A stretch of 64,000 nucleotides of DNA, taken from contig DATKGN010000013.1 of the NCBI GenBank assembly GCA_035510735.1, positions 596 to 64,595 of the forward strand, given 5' to 3'. A program made the position numbers and the translations under genes. Position 1 is the first letter of the stretch; each line of letters opens with the position of its first letter. This document shows, piece by piece, positions 28,782 through 38,974 of this stretch. The notes under the pieces were generated by a model. The model was not told the DNA's origin. It saw only the letters and a program-made list of their open reading frames with translations, and did no database searches. This DNA comes from Patescibacteria group bacterium. GTDB lineage: Bacteria; Patescibacteriota; Microgenomatia; UBA10105; UBA927.

Positions 28782-29780
28782 CTAAAGACAATAGTTTCGT
28801 ATTTCTGAATACCCATAGGCAATCAAGCCTAAAAAACATATAATTGGATGCAGAAACCATGCCGGATCTTGAACAGTTAAATATCCTTTTACACTTAAAT
28901 ACAGCGGCTGAATAAACGTTAATGAATAGATAACATAAAGGACTAAGTTCTTCTTATCTTCGCCCGAACGTGAATCATAGACAAGATATGCGCGTTTATG
29001 TTGGGCGCCGTCAAAATCCCGTTTTTTATATTCAATACGCCGCAAAAAAAATGAAAGGATGTTAGATCCGGTATAGTGAATGATTGAATTATGAACAACG
29101 CCATACGTATTGTGCCCCAACTCTAATAATTTCATAAAAGCGTCTGTATGAAGAAAATTGGGTGATTTTCCGATAACCTTATTCAATATCTTCCTTCTTA
29201 CCATATGACCGTTGTCACCAAGGGTGGGAAGACTGCGTTTATCAAAGGACACCGTCGTATATTCTTTATTTCGATTTATCAGAATACCCTTCTTATATGT
29301 TGTTTCAAAAAGAGGCAATTTTTCCGACTTATTTAGATAGTAGACAACTGGATCATTTATCCCGAATAAAGAGCAGTACTTCGTAAAAGCGGGCATTGAA
29401 GGATCATATGCATTATGCATACTAAATGTACCTACAACCTTCTTGTTATTGAGAAAGGGTAAAACCATCTGACGCAACCAGTGTTTACCTATCATGATAT
29501 TATCGGGTTCTAAAAATAGTATTATTTCATTTTTTGCTTTTGACAGTGCCATTTTCATCCGTTTAAGGGGGTTATCTAATAGTGTTTTTTCGACGAATAC
29601 TTTAGCATTTTGTCTTCGTAGTAATTCAAGCGAACCGTTCGTAGACCCAGCATCCATTATAATATGTTCAATTTTTGAAGTGGGATAGTCCTGATCATGA
29701 AGGGCTTGCAGTGTCCTTCGCCAAATGCTTAAAGACGTATTGTAGGAAACAGTAACAATGGAAATAGAAGGATATCGCAT
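28782..29780 (-). CDS. GT2 glycosyltransferase with C-terminal membrane helices
   Basis: DAGSTNGS, LFLEPDN (DxD position), TLGDNG. ATG at 29780. Confidence 0.82.
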   Translation of the reverse strand: MRYPSISIVTVSYNTSLSIWRRTLQALHDQDYPTSKIEHIIMDAGSTNGSLELLRRQNAKVFVEKTLLDNPLKRMKMALSKAKNEIILFLEPDNIMIGKHWLRQMVLPFLNNKKVVGTFSMHNAYDPSMPAFTKYCSLFGINDPVVYYLNKSEKLPLFETTYKKGILINRNKEYTTVSFDKRSLPTLGDNGHMVRRKILNKVIGKSPNFLHTDAFMKLLELGHNTYGVVHNSIIHYTGSNILSFFLRRIEYKKRDFDGAQHKRAYLVYDSRSGEDKKNLVLYVIYSLTFIQPLYLSVKGYLTVQDPAWFLHPIICFLGLIAYGYSEIRNYCL

Positions 29781-29785
29781 TTGCT

Positions 29786-30409
29786 TCAAATAGTATTCAC
29801 CTTCTTCGCCAACAAAAACATGCCGTTGTTAACTGGGTAAAACCGACCATATCTGCCGAAAATTTTTGGCTCAAAGCCGAAACGCTTAACAATTGAGGTT
29901 AGCGTATTTCTAGTATAGAAGCGAATGTGCGCAGTCGTCGGGGTAAAAACCGTCTCGAAACCAATGAGTGCAATTATTAAATTTTTAATCAATCCATGAT
30001 ATGGAGTTGAGAGGAGAAGAGTTCCGTCTTTCGTGAGTAGCCGGTTAAATTCCTCAAACATTCTTTCCGTATCATAAACATGCTCAATAACATCCAGGGA
30101 TACTATGAAATCACAGCTATGAGCCGGCAGGGAAACATGCTGTTCATCATCTATCACTAATATCTTTGCCTTTGGAACGGTCTTCCCCGCAACTCTTATT
30201 GCCTCCTCTGAAATATCAGCACCATACAGGACAGCTGACGGGTTCATTTTTGAAATTAATGAAAGAATTTTGCCCTTACCACAGCCATAATCCAATATTG
30301 TCAATTTTGATTTTCGCGGAATTAAAGATATCAGGCTGGACCACTTATATGTAAAATCTTCTAACTCTGCTGGCTTTCTACGCCAATACCGTTCGTAATA
30401 TTTTTGCAT
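29786..30409 (-). CDS. Class I SAM-dependent methyltransferase
   Basis: ILDYGCGKG, DVIEH, STPYHG, HIRFY. Confidence 0.9.
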   Translation of the reverse strand: MQKYYERYWRRKPAELEDFTYKWSSLISLIPRKSKLTILDYGCGKGKILSLISKMNPSAVLYGADISEEAIRVAGKTVPKAKILVIDDEQHVSLPAHSCDFIVSLDVIEHVYDTERMFEEFNRLLTKDGTLLLSTPYHGLIKNLIIALIGFETVFTPTTAHIRFYTRNTLTSIVKRFGFEPKIFGRYGRFYPVNNGMFLLAKKVNTI

Positions 30410-30508
30410 AATTCTCTACGCCTACAAAATACGATTTAATATCAAGCGTAATTATATATGAGGCCACTATGATAAGATATGTAGCATTATACAAATACGG
30501 AAGGAACA

Positions 30509-31657
30509 ATGAAACTCCCTAAAAGTATTCTCTATATTAATTTTGCCCCATATGACAACGCCGGCATGATACGCGATTATCTTATTGATCGATATTATTA
30601 CGTCTTTCACTTTTCTTTTAACTTCCACTACTTACAAGGATCCGAAAACAGCAGCTCACTTACTGTCTATAAAAAAGGCAAAAAAACTTCTAAATCATTA
30701 ATATTCCAAATATTGCCCCATCCAAAACTCACTTTCGTAATGCTACCGATACGATCCGTCGTATTTCTCATTGAAATTATTATTTATACGTATGTACTTA
30801 AAAAAAAATATGGAGAAGTTGATGATTACTTTACAGTAAATGCGTTTACGGCCTGGTGTGGATTAATTCTTAAAAAACTGAGACTCGTAAAAAGAACTAT
30901 TTTTTGGGTTTGGGACTATTACCCCCCTAAGCACAAAAGCCGAACGATCACCCTGATGCGCTGGGCATATTGGCAATTTGACAAACTTGCAACGCACTCG
31001 GATAAACTCATCTTCCTAAATCATAAACTTGAGGATTTGCGCAAAAAGATAAGGATAATTCCGTTTGGTCGTAATTATCCAATTATAGGGATTGGCACAA
31101 ACGTTTTAAAATGTAGACATCAACATAAAAATGTCTCCCTACTGTTTATTGGCGTGTTAAAACGAAGCCAAGGACTTGATTTGCTCATCGATAATTCCCA
31201 CGTCATAAAAAAACATTTTCGTGATATTGAAGTTCATATTGTAGGTAGTGGACCGGATGAAAATTACTATAAAACAAAGGCATTAGGAGCTGCGATCCCA
31301 TTTATATTTCATGGTCTTATGGACCTGTATTCCAAAAAGGCTATGGAAATTATCAAAAACACAAACATCGGTATCGCCCCTTATAAACCTGAACCTGGAA
31401 ACGTTTCTTACTATGGAGATCCGTCAAAAATTAAAAATTACCTAAGCTTTGGATTGCCCGTTATTACAACCAATGTGTTTGAATTTTCTGAAATAATCCG
31501 GACAAGCGGAGCCGGAGAAATTATTCCGTACAAATTAGAACCTTTTCTTAATAGTATTCAAAAAATTATATCAAATTATGGACAATATTCTGTTCTCGCG
31601 AGGAGTCTGGCTCAAAAATACTATTATGCTAAATACTATGACAAAATGTTTGCTTAA
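30509..31657 (+). CDS. GT4 glycosyltransferase, the only plus-strand gene in the locus
   Basis: 382-aa ORF, AAGGA SD, FIGVL...QGLD, DPSKIKNYLSFGLPVITT. Confidence 0.85.
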   Translation: MKLPKSILYINFAPYDNAGMIRDYLIDRYYYVFHFSFNFHYLQGSENSSSLTVYKKGKKTSKSLIFQILPHPKLTFVMLPIRSVVFLIEIIIYTYVLKKKYGEVDDYFTVNAFTAWCGLILKKLRLVKRTIFWVWDYYPPKHKSRTITLMRWAYWQFDKLATHSDKLIFLNHKLEDLRKKIRIIPFGRNYPIIGIGTNVLKCRHQHKNVSLLFIGVLKRSQGLDLLIDNSHVIKKHFRDIEVHIVGSGPDENYYKTKALGAAIPFIFHGLMDLYSKKAMEIIKNTNIGIAPYKPEPGNVSYYGDPSKIKNYLSFGLPVITTNVFEFSEIIRTSGAGEIIPYKLEPFLNSIQKIISNYGQYSVLARSLAQKYYYAKYYDKMFA

Positions 31658-31686
31658 GACAACACACAAGCGGCAAGTGTTCAGTA

Positions 31687-32736
31687 TTACTTCGGCGGAT
31701 GAGTGATATCCTCAATAATTCGGTCTATCGAATACTCAAAATCCCATCGGGGATAATCCCTTTTAAATTTTGATACGTCTGATATATACCAGATATGATC
31801 TCCTTTACGCGGTAGACTCGCGTATTTCAATTTGGCTTTTTTACCCAGAATTACCTCAATTTTTGCTACGGCTTCCTTTATAGAAATATTTGAAAACCGA
31901 GAGCCTCCGATGTTGTACACTTCACCTTTTTTGGGTTTCTTATACACTTCAAAAAAAGCCCTGATTAAATCGTGTGAATGAATGTTATCCCTGACTTGTT
32001 TGCCCTTATACCCGATGACTGTATATGGGATCCCTTCACGGATACATTTAATCAGATATGCCAAAAAACCATGCAGCTTTGCTGCAGAGTGGTTTGGACC
32101 GGTAAGACAGCCTCCTCGAAATACAACGGTATTCATACCGAAATATTTACCGTATTCCTGAACCATCAGGTCCGCTGAACATTTGGATACGCCAAAAATA
32201 CTGTGTGTTGTCTGATCTAGACTCATCGTTTCATCAATGCCATTGTAGTACTTGTGGTTTTTTGGTAATTCAAAACGTTTTTCGAGCTCGACTAAAGGCA
32301 ATTTGTTGGGATTGTCGCCATATACCTTATTTGTCGAGGTAAAAATAAATACTGCATCTTTTGCATATTTTCTTGTCGATTCAAGAAGTAAAAGTGTTGC
32401 AACGGCATTGATGGAAAAATCCGTCAACGGCTCTCTTGCTGCCCAATCATGAGAAGGTTGGGCAGCGGCATGGATAATCATGTCAAAATGTACGGATTTG
32501 AAAAGGTCGGTAGTTTTACGCTCGTCACGAACATCAAAATTATGGTGATGATATAAAGAAAACGATTTCTCAAGCCTCTTTCGGTTCCATGTCGTATCAC
32601 CGTCAACCCCAAAAAAATATGAACGCAAGTTATTATCAATACCGTGTACCTCAAATCCCTTATCAACAAAATAGCTGACTGCTTCTGATCCAATTAAGCC
32701 GGCAGAGCCCGTAATTAATATTTTCTTATGTTTCAT
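31687..32736 (-). CDS. NAD-dependent epimerase, CDP-paratose 2-epimerase (RfbE)-like
   Basis: [53 protein letters not shown]. Confidence 0.82.
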   Translation of the reverse strand: MKHKKILITGSAGLIGSEAVSYFVDKGFEVHGIDNNLRSYFFGVDGDTTWNRKRLEKSFSLYHHHNFDVRDERKTTDLFKSVHFDMIIHAAAQPSHDWAAREPLTDFSINAVATLLLLESTRKYAKDAVFIFTSTNKVYGDNPNKLPLVELEKRFELPKNHKYYNGIDETMSLDQTTHSIFGVSKCSADLMVQEYGKYFGMNTVVFRGGCLTGPNHSAAKLHGFLAYLIKCIREGIPYTVIGYKGKQVRDNIHSHDLIRAFFEVYKKPKKGEVYNIGGSRFSNISIKEAVAKIEVILGKKAKLKYASLPRKGDHIWYISDVSKFKRDYPRWDFEYSIDRIIEDITHPPK

Positions 32737-32756
32737 GCAACTATTTATGATAATAG

Positions 32757-34493
32757 CTATTGGCTAAATTGTTTTAGAGCGTCTTCTTTAAAGGATTTTG
32801 TTATATTCGTAAAAGTACTATCCCGGGTACTATAGTTCAAAGCAACAACCTGATCTATTGATATAGTGTTATTTTTAATAAGTTCTAACAACTGATTTTT
32901 GTCCCAAAAATATCCAAATCCTTTTCCCTCACTTTCCTTATAGCCCTGACTTGCCATTGTTTCTAAAAATACTTGATTAATCAAACTTTTAGGAATTTTT
33001 CCCTGATCGTAATAAAGGGTCATAATGACGTAGCCGGGGCCCAATTCTAACGGAACTTTTTGATTAAAATGCCCATAATTTCCTTCACCCCCAATATATA
33101 TAACTGGCTTATCCGGTAACGTTGGCACCATGCGAGTAAGTTGTGAAACCACATTTTTTGTATTATTCCCACGTATAACGTTCGCATAAACTTCCCGCCG
33201 GATTATAGAAATTTGTTTCACAAAAAATAGACATAGAAATAATACTGCACATATTATAAGGATCACTTTCTCGATTTTACGTTTCGTAAAGACTTGAATG
33301 AATTGAAAAAGCGAATAAAAAATGGAGCCGAAGATAATTGAGGCGGGAACCGCGATAGCGTACAGATATCTTGACTCCATATATGACGCATTCTTCCATG
33401 GAAGAAATGCAGCAATCGGCATAAAATTCAAAATATATAAGACACCGAGCACAAGAGCGGTTTTACGCTTTATAACCCCTCTGAAAAGAGAATAGGCAAA
33501 TAGAAATATCAAAACGAACGATAAAATAACAGCGATAAAATCCGATGCCATTAAGTCATACACTACATTCGGATCAGTAACATACACCATCGTAACTGGA
33601 TAATTAATTCTTACAAACCACGGAACTATTTTATACATAAACCTGTAGGGTATAAGGAATTGAGACAAAGAGGCCAATGGATACATAATGATGTTATTGG
33701 AAAAATGCATCCAGAGGGGAATTTTTACGATTGCAACTGCATTAATACCCGGACTACCATAATAACCAATAACTCTACTAACCGCCGTCACAATCATGAT
33801 GATTGCCTGACATATATGGAGTTTTACAAAAGTGATCAGTTTCCGTTTTCCGGAATAGAATATGACAAATAAAATCGGCAGTAATATAAATGTATACATT
33901 GTCGAATCTTTGAATAGAAATGCAGTATAAGCGCACAACCAGGAGACAATAAATTGATAGCCTTTCTCAGTACGCATATATTCGATAAAAATATTTAGGG
34001 ACAATAAAACGAAAAATGTCGAAATCAGAACTTGCACAGGGTTGGTAAGTTCTGAAAGTGCTTGATGTGATACGCTGCATGTCAAAAAGAATCCCCACGA
34101 AATGAGAGATATCCAAGTATTGGAAGTTAATTTTTTCGATATTTTATATACTAATAAGGAATTTATCGGATGGAAAATGAATGCGATTATGGCAAAAGGC
34201 CATGGGTTTAAGGGAAAATAACGGAAGAATATATTGTTTATAACAGTTCCAAACACCCTCCCGTTCCCCATGAGTATATCCAAAAGGCTAAACGATTGGA
34301 GTGATGCATATAATCCGTTAACCTTAACTATCCCGAGTTGCGCCCATTCGTCATTTAAATAATACAGCTTCGAAATATTCCAATAGGAAAATAATGTGAC
34401 AAATAATGACACTGTCGTAATAATGATATCCTGTGGAATCCTTGCAAGAAAAGAAAATAATTTTCTAAATTGTTTTTGTTTCATAATAGACAA
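32757..34493 (-). CDS. GT-C-like polytopic membrane protein (paralog set A)
   Basis: YYLNDEW after TM1, [24 protein letters not shown]. Confidence 0.7.
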   Translation of the reverse strand: MSIMKQKQFRKLFSFLARIPQDIIITTVSLFVTLFSYWNISKLYYLNDEWAQLGIVKVNGLYASLQSFSLLDILMGNGRVFGTVINNIFFRYFPLNPWPFAIIAFIFHPINSLLVYKISKKLTSNTWISLISWGFFLTCSVSHQALSELTNPVQVLISTFFVLLSLNIFIEYMRTEKGYQFIVSWLCAYTAFLFKDSTMYTFILLPILFVIFYSGKRKLITFVKLHICQAIIMIVTAVSRVIGYYGSPGINAVAIVKIPLWMHFSNNIIMYPLASLSQFLIPYRFMYKIVPWFVRINYPVTMVYVTDPNVVYDLMASDFIAVILSFVLIFLFAYSLFRGVIKRKTALVLGVLYILNFMPIAAFLPWKNASYMESRYLYAIAVPASIIFGSIFYSLFQFIQVFTKRKIEKVILIICAVLFLCLFFVKQISIIRREVYANVIRGNNTKNVVSQLTRMVPTLPDKPVIYIGGEGNYGHFNQKVPLELGPGYVIMTLYYDQGKIPKSLINQVFLETMASQGYKESEGKGFGYFWDKNQLLELIKNNTISIDQVVALNYSTRDSTFTNITKSFKEDALKQFSQ

Positions 34494-34498
34494 AGTCT

Positions 34499-36238
34499 TC
34501 AGTATTCACGTAATGAATCTTTTAGAAACAATTGAACCTCTTGAGTGTCATCTTTAAGTGTTCCGGTTGCGCCATCATAATAAAATCCGACGACCTGATT
34601 TATCGAAAGTTTTGGATTACTTTTCAATAACTCTATCAAATGTGATTCTTGCGTATAAAATCCATAGGCTTTATTACCTACTAGCCGATATCCCTCTCCA
34701 TGATCAAAATGATACGGTTCTAAAATGAGCTCTCCCGGTATTTTACCTGTTTTATAGTAGCGAACCATAAGTGCATATCCGGGATTAAGTAATACAGGAA
34801 TAAATTGATCAACTTCCCCAAAATATGTATTATTACCCGTTAATAAAATAATGGGCTTGTCCGGCAAGTTCGGCCTTATTGCAATAAATTGGTCCATGGC
34901 GGTTTTCATCGGCTGATTATACTCAACTCCTGCTATAACATCACGCTTCATCACAACGGCCTGTTTATATATATACCCGCATCCGACAAAACAAATAATT
35001 AAAAATGCTATAAATTCAAATCGAACAATGCTTTTCATGAGATTCTTTATACCGATGAGTAATAATGAGAAAAAGATAGCTCCGCTGGGCAACAATACAT
35101 AATAATATCGGGATTCAAAATACGCTTTACCTTTCGGCGCGTCATAAAGGGCCAAAGGTACATGCTGTAAAAAATAGTACAAAACAGCGAAGAATAAGAG
35201 TGTACGGTATTTTTTTATAGGAAGCACAAGAAAATATATAGCTACAATAAGCACGACGGTTATCATAAATGATAAATAGTCGGCGATGATGTAGTAATTC
35301 AGGACGGTTTCCCCGACATCCGAAAATACTTTCGGTATAAATTGATACTGGAAATGGTAAAAAAATATCGACAGTTTAATCATGTAATCATACGGTATAT
35401 AAAAATGGGCAAGACTTGTCAGTGGGTAGTAAATCAAATGAAATGCGATTCTTGCTATAGATGGATGGGTTTGCTGTGCAAATGTCGGATGTCCGTGAAT
35501 CACATAAAACGTTAATATCCGTAAAAATCCGATACCACAAAATAACAAAATAGGGATCAAATTATTTTTTACCGTTAGCAATAATTTATCCGATCGTTTT
35601 TTCCCATACATCCAATCGAACCAAAAAAACAACACAAGCACTACAATTGAAGTTTCCTTGAAATAGTATGCAAGTAATAAACAAATCCAACTCGACACTT
35701 TCAAACTAGTATTAACCGGACGCTTATAGTCAAAACGGATAAGATAAAGCCATATCGCAAGCAAAGAAAAAAATAACGCAAATAAACTCTCGTATGTTGC
35801 TCCAATCCACGTAAATACCTGGGAATCCACACTGCAGGTAATAAAAAATAGGCCACTGAAAAATGCCAAAAATTTTGATTTCGAAATTTTCTTCACAATG
35901 AGGTAAAGCAATATTGCATTAAGAAGATGAACAACATCAGATGCGATTGCAAACGGTAAAGCACTGAAAGGCGCTACATACAATGATATATTCGTCAGAA
36001 GCAGCGCTAAAAAACGGGCTTTCCCCGAAATTATTTCCATCGGAGTTAACAGTTTCAATTCACCTAACGGACCATAAATATAAACAGCACCAAGCAATTT
36101 CCATTCGTCAAAAACATAATAGAGATTCGGCAACAGTCTGAACATGAAGCGGATAAGAAGGAGCGCAGCCGAAATAAAAATAAGTCCGTATTTGTGTGAC
36201 CAGCAAAACGCACGAATGCGCCTGATAATTTTATTCAT
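34499..36238 (-). CDS. GT-C-like polytopic membrane protein (paralog set A)
   Basis: YYVFDEW, FKE, ESRYYY, LPDKPI, LNPGY. Confidence 0.7.
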   Translation of the reverse strand: MNKIIRRIRAFCWSHKYGLIFISAALLLIRFMFRLLPNLYYVFDEWKLLGAVYIYGPLGELKLLTPMEIISGKARFLALLLTNISLYVAPFSALPFAIASDVVHLLNAILLYLIVKKISKSKFLAFFSGLFFITCSVDSQVFTWIGATYESLFALFFSLLAIWLYLIRFDYKRPVNTSLKVSSWICLLLAYYFKETSIVVLVLFFWFDWMYGKKRSDKLLLTVKNNLIPILLFCGIGFLRILTFYVIHGHPTFAQQTHPSIARIAFHLIYYPLTSLAHFYIPYDYMIKLSIFFYHFQYQFIPKVFSDVGETVLNYYIIADYLSFMITVVLIVAIYFLVLPIKKYRTLLFFAVLYYFLQHVPLALYDAPKGKAYFESRYYYVLLPSGAIFFSLLLIGIKNLMKSIVRFEFIAFLIICFVGCGYIYKQAVVMKRDVIAGVEYNQPMKTAMDQFIAIRPNLPDKPIILLTGNNTYFGEVDQFIPVLLNPGYALMVRYYKTGKIPGELILEPYHFDHGEGYRLVGNKAYGFYTQESHLIELLKSNPKLSINQVVGFYYDGATGTLKDDTQEVQLFLKDSLREY

Positions 36239-36247
36239 TCGTTTCCT

Positions 36248-36991
36248 CTACCGTTTTACGGCAATAATTCCAATATCTCTTGATAAAGACGTTTTGAGTG
36301 ATGCAAGACAGTCAATCGCATCATACATCGCTTTTAATACTTTTGGTAAATTCCAGGATAACGGCAATCCAAAGGACTCTTCAATCGTAAAACCGGACGC
36401 CTCGATCAAATCGGTAAGTGCAGGGAGATTAAAAACCCGTACATGACCCATCGCCTCCGGCTCACGCATAAGGTTTCGAAGAATTCTCGTACCGTACACT
36501 TTTGAAATATCGCTGACTTCCAAAAATAACGGATATTCCCCGAACAGAAAAAGGATCCGGTTAAACCAAAAGGATAAATTCGGCGTGATGATAACCATCC
36601 GGCCGCCCTTCTTTAATACCCGCTTTGATTCGCCAAGAAGAACATCTGTTTTTACAATATGTTCGATGAGCTGATCTGAAATCACCAGATCGAATGTGTT
36701 GTTTTCGAAAGGAACCGTTTTATTGAGATCAGCTTTCTTGACGATGATTCCGTGAGCACGGGCAGTTTTTATACCGCTGTCTGATACTTCAATGCCATAG
36801 ACCGTCGCTCCGCATAGTTTCGAAAGCTCATGGGAAAATCTTCCGTTGCCGCACCCCAATTCGAGGATTTTTTTCGGTTTCCATGCAAGAATATATCTCT
36901 TTAAAAAGGCGATACGCGCATCCACAAACTGCTTATTGAAATCAAAATCTTCTTCTTTATATGTATATGCTCTCCCTAATATTGTATCCAT
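36248..36991 (-). CDS. Class I SAM-dependent methyltransferase
   Basis: ILELGCGNG, DQLIEH, TPN, GHVRVF. Confidence 0.9.
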   Translation of the reverse strand: MDTILGRAYTYKEEDFDFNKQFVDARIAFLKRYILAWKPKKILELGCGNGRFSHELSKLCGATVYGIEVSDSGIKTARAHGIIVKKADLNKTVPFENNTFDLVISDQLIEHIVKTDVLLGESKRVLKKGGRMVIITPNLSFWFNRILFLFGEYPLFLEVSDISKVYGTRILRNLMREPEAMGHVRVFNLPALTDLIEASGFTIEESFGLPLSWNLPKVLKAMYDAIDCLASLKTSLSRDIGIIAVKR

Positions 36992-36996
36992 AAGCT

Positions 36997-37977
36997 CTAA
37001 ATAGTTTTTGACAATAACACCCTTCCCTCTTTGTTTGTGATAAATGATCCAATGATTACATTTGTCGTCATGATATTAAAGGGCAGCTCGTATAATCCAG
37101 CTGGATCACGGTAACGCAGTGACTTATAGAAACCGACTATGATTGACGGCATGATAGTATAACAATACATAAGCCAAAGGAATAGTTTAATAAACTCACT
37201 TCTTTTCGACCAATCTATCCACGTCCAATACCGTTTATTCGGTTGATTAAAATACATGGTTTCCAGATTTCTCTTCCTCTTACGAACAAGATTGGATAAC
37301 GTCGTTAAAAAAGGATGATGAATTCCGATATCGGGAACATATGCATATGAAGTCCTGCCGTTTTCCACCATAATGACCATCGTATCCAATTCCATATATT
37401 TTTTCATTTCGGCAACAGCCGTTGTTAGTAATTCTTTCCGTCTGTAAAGACAGAAACTCGCTGGCAGAATTTTCCCCTTCCGATATTCGGTTATCCAATA
37501 CTCTTTGTATTTTTTTGTAATACAGCTGGACGTCGAGGGCGTAAGAAAACAAAAAAGCGGATCGCGCTGGATGGGGTCAAACGTAATGTATCGGTTAAGC
37601 GGCGCATCGCCGGGCAAACTCACGAATCTGGTCCATGAACCGACGATTTCTGTATCTTTTTCAAGCGGACTAACCATTTTTTCAAACCAATGGTCACCCA
37701 CGAGACCCATATCACAGTCCAGGATCATAAAATATTTTCCCGTCGACTTCATAAGCGCTATCTTTTTCCCGTACTCTGCTTCTCTGAGTGGATTACGAAG
37801 AATAGTTACGGGGAAACGTTTCGCTATTTTGACCGTATCGTCCGTTGAACCGCCGTCAACGATAAACACTTCCAATTTTCCCTGGTATTTCTGATGAAAT
37901 ATGGAGTTCAAACAATGCTCAATATGGTCATGCTCATTGAGCGTAGGTATCGCTATGGATATTGAAGGAAACACCAT
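36997..37977 (-). CDS. GT2 glycosyltransferase (paralog of 28782..29780)
   Basis: VDGGSTDDT, LDCD, C-terminal hydrophobic helices. Confidence 0.87.
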   Translation of the reverse strand: MVFPSISIAIPTLNEHDHIEHCLNSIFHQKYQGKLEVFIVDGGSTDDTVKIAKRFPVTILRNPLREAEYGKKIALMKSTGKYFMILDCDMGLVGDHWFEKMVSPLEKDTEIVGSWTRFVSLPGDAPLNRYITFDPIQRDPLFCFLTPSTSSCITKKYKEYWITEYRKGKILPASFCLYRRKELLTTAVAEMKKYMELDTMVIMVENGRTSYAYVPDIGIHHPFLTTLSNLVRKRKRNLETMYFNQPNKRYWTWIDWSKRSEFIKLFLWLMYCYTIMPSIIVGFYKSLRYRDPAGLYELPFNIMTTNVIIGSFITNKEGRVLLSKTI

Positions 37978-37981
37978 ATGT

Positions 37982-38974
37982 CTAGCGTACCATATGGTCC
38001 GTAAGGAGTCCGTTCAAAAAACCCCAACCGTATGCCATATGTGTCAATATGACGCCAAGAGAGGCAAGTAGCGATCCAAATACATTAGTTTTTCCCGAAA
38101 CGCTGCCGTACGCCATGGAATAAAAAATTAGGAATACTAGTCCAAAAATCAACCGGGCTGGCAGAGAGATGATGCTCATCATTACAAGTAGCCAGAACCC
38201 AATCGTCAATAACAAGGGTAAACAATAAAATAAACTTCGCGAAGTCTCCGGATATCGCTTAAAAAAATACCCACGGTGGACACCAACATTTGAAATTTGA
38301 CGGAGATATTGCGAGAATAACGGCCGGCGGTGATGATACACAACTACATCGGGATCGTAGAGCATTTTACCGTACTTCAGAAGTTTCAAACATACGAACG
38401 TGTCTTCTCCGCCATAAAACGTACTTTCCCATCCGCCGACACTTTTAAGGACATTTGTTTTAATAAATAAATTATATGCCGGCCAATCGGTCATATACTG
38501 ACGTTTTTGATGAGCATTTGTAAACCGGAATTTCAATTTTCCGCTTGTAAGGTCTGACTCATAAACAATTCCGCTTATTTGAGCCAAATATGGATCTTCA
38601 GGGGGAGTCACTCCGGGGCCACCCAGAGCAACGATAACGGGATATGTTCGAAAAAGTTCAATAGCCTGGGTTAGCCAAGTCGGATCTGGATACGCATCGT
38701 CATCTATATAGGCACATATCTCTCCCTTTGCATGGCGAAGAGCGATATCCCGTTTTTCTGCGGGACCGGTGGTATGACCTGCTTTCGTCACAATCAGCCG
38801 GATATTTTTGACTTTTGGTAACTGTATTTTTTTATCACAAATAACTAGTATTTCATAATTTGGATAGGTTAAAAGATCAAATTTCCTGAGATCCTCACTG
38901 AACCGTGCTGATACGATATACGCAGGGATGACAATGGAAACGAGCGGTTTTTTTGATAATTTCGGTATTTTCAT
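37982..38974 (-). CDS. GT2 glycosyltransferase with C-terminal TMs
   Basis: SIVIPAY, GPAEKRD, IDDDAYP, GED, YHHRR. Confidence 0.87.
   Translation of the reverse strand: MKIPKLSKKPLVSIVIPAYIVSARFSEDLRKFDLLTYPNYEILVICDKKIQLPKVKNIRLIVTKAGHTTGPAEKRDIALRHAKGEICAYIDDDAYPDPTWLTQAIELFRTYPVIVALGGPGVTPPEDPYLAQISGIVYESDLTSGKLKFRFTNAHQKRQYMTDWPAYNLFIKTNVLKSVGGWESTFYGGEDTFVCLKLLKYGKMLYDPDVVVYHHRRPLFSQYLRQISNVGVHRGYFFKRYPETSRSLFYCLPLLLTIGFWLLVMMSIISLPARLIFGLVFLIFYSMAYGSVSGKTNVFGSLLASLGVILTHMAYGWGFLNGLLTDHMVR

Noticed and set aside
31687-32736. A complete CDP-tyvelose pathway
   Set aside because: Only the RfbE-like epimerase is present, with no rfbF/G/H/S-like genes in the window, so the substrate cannot be assigned.
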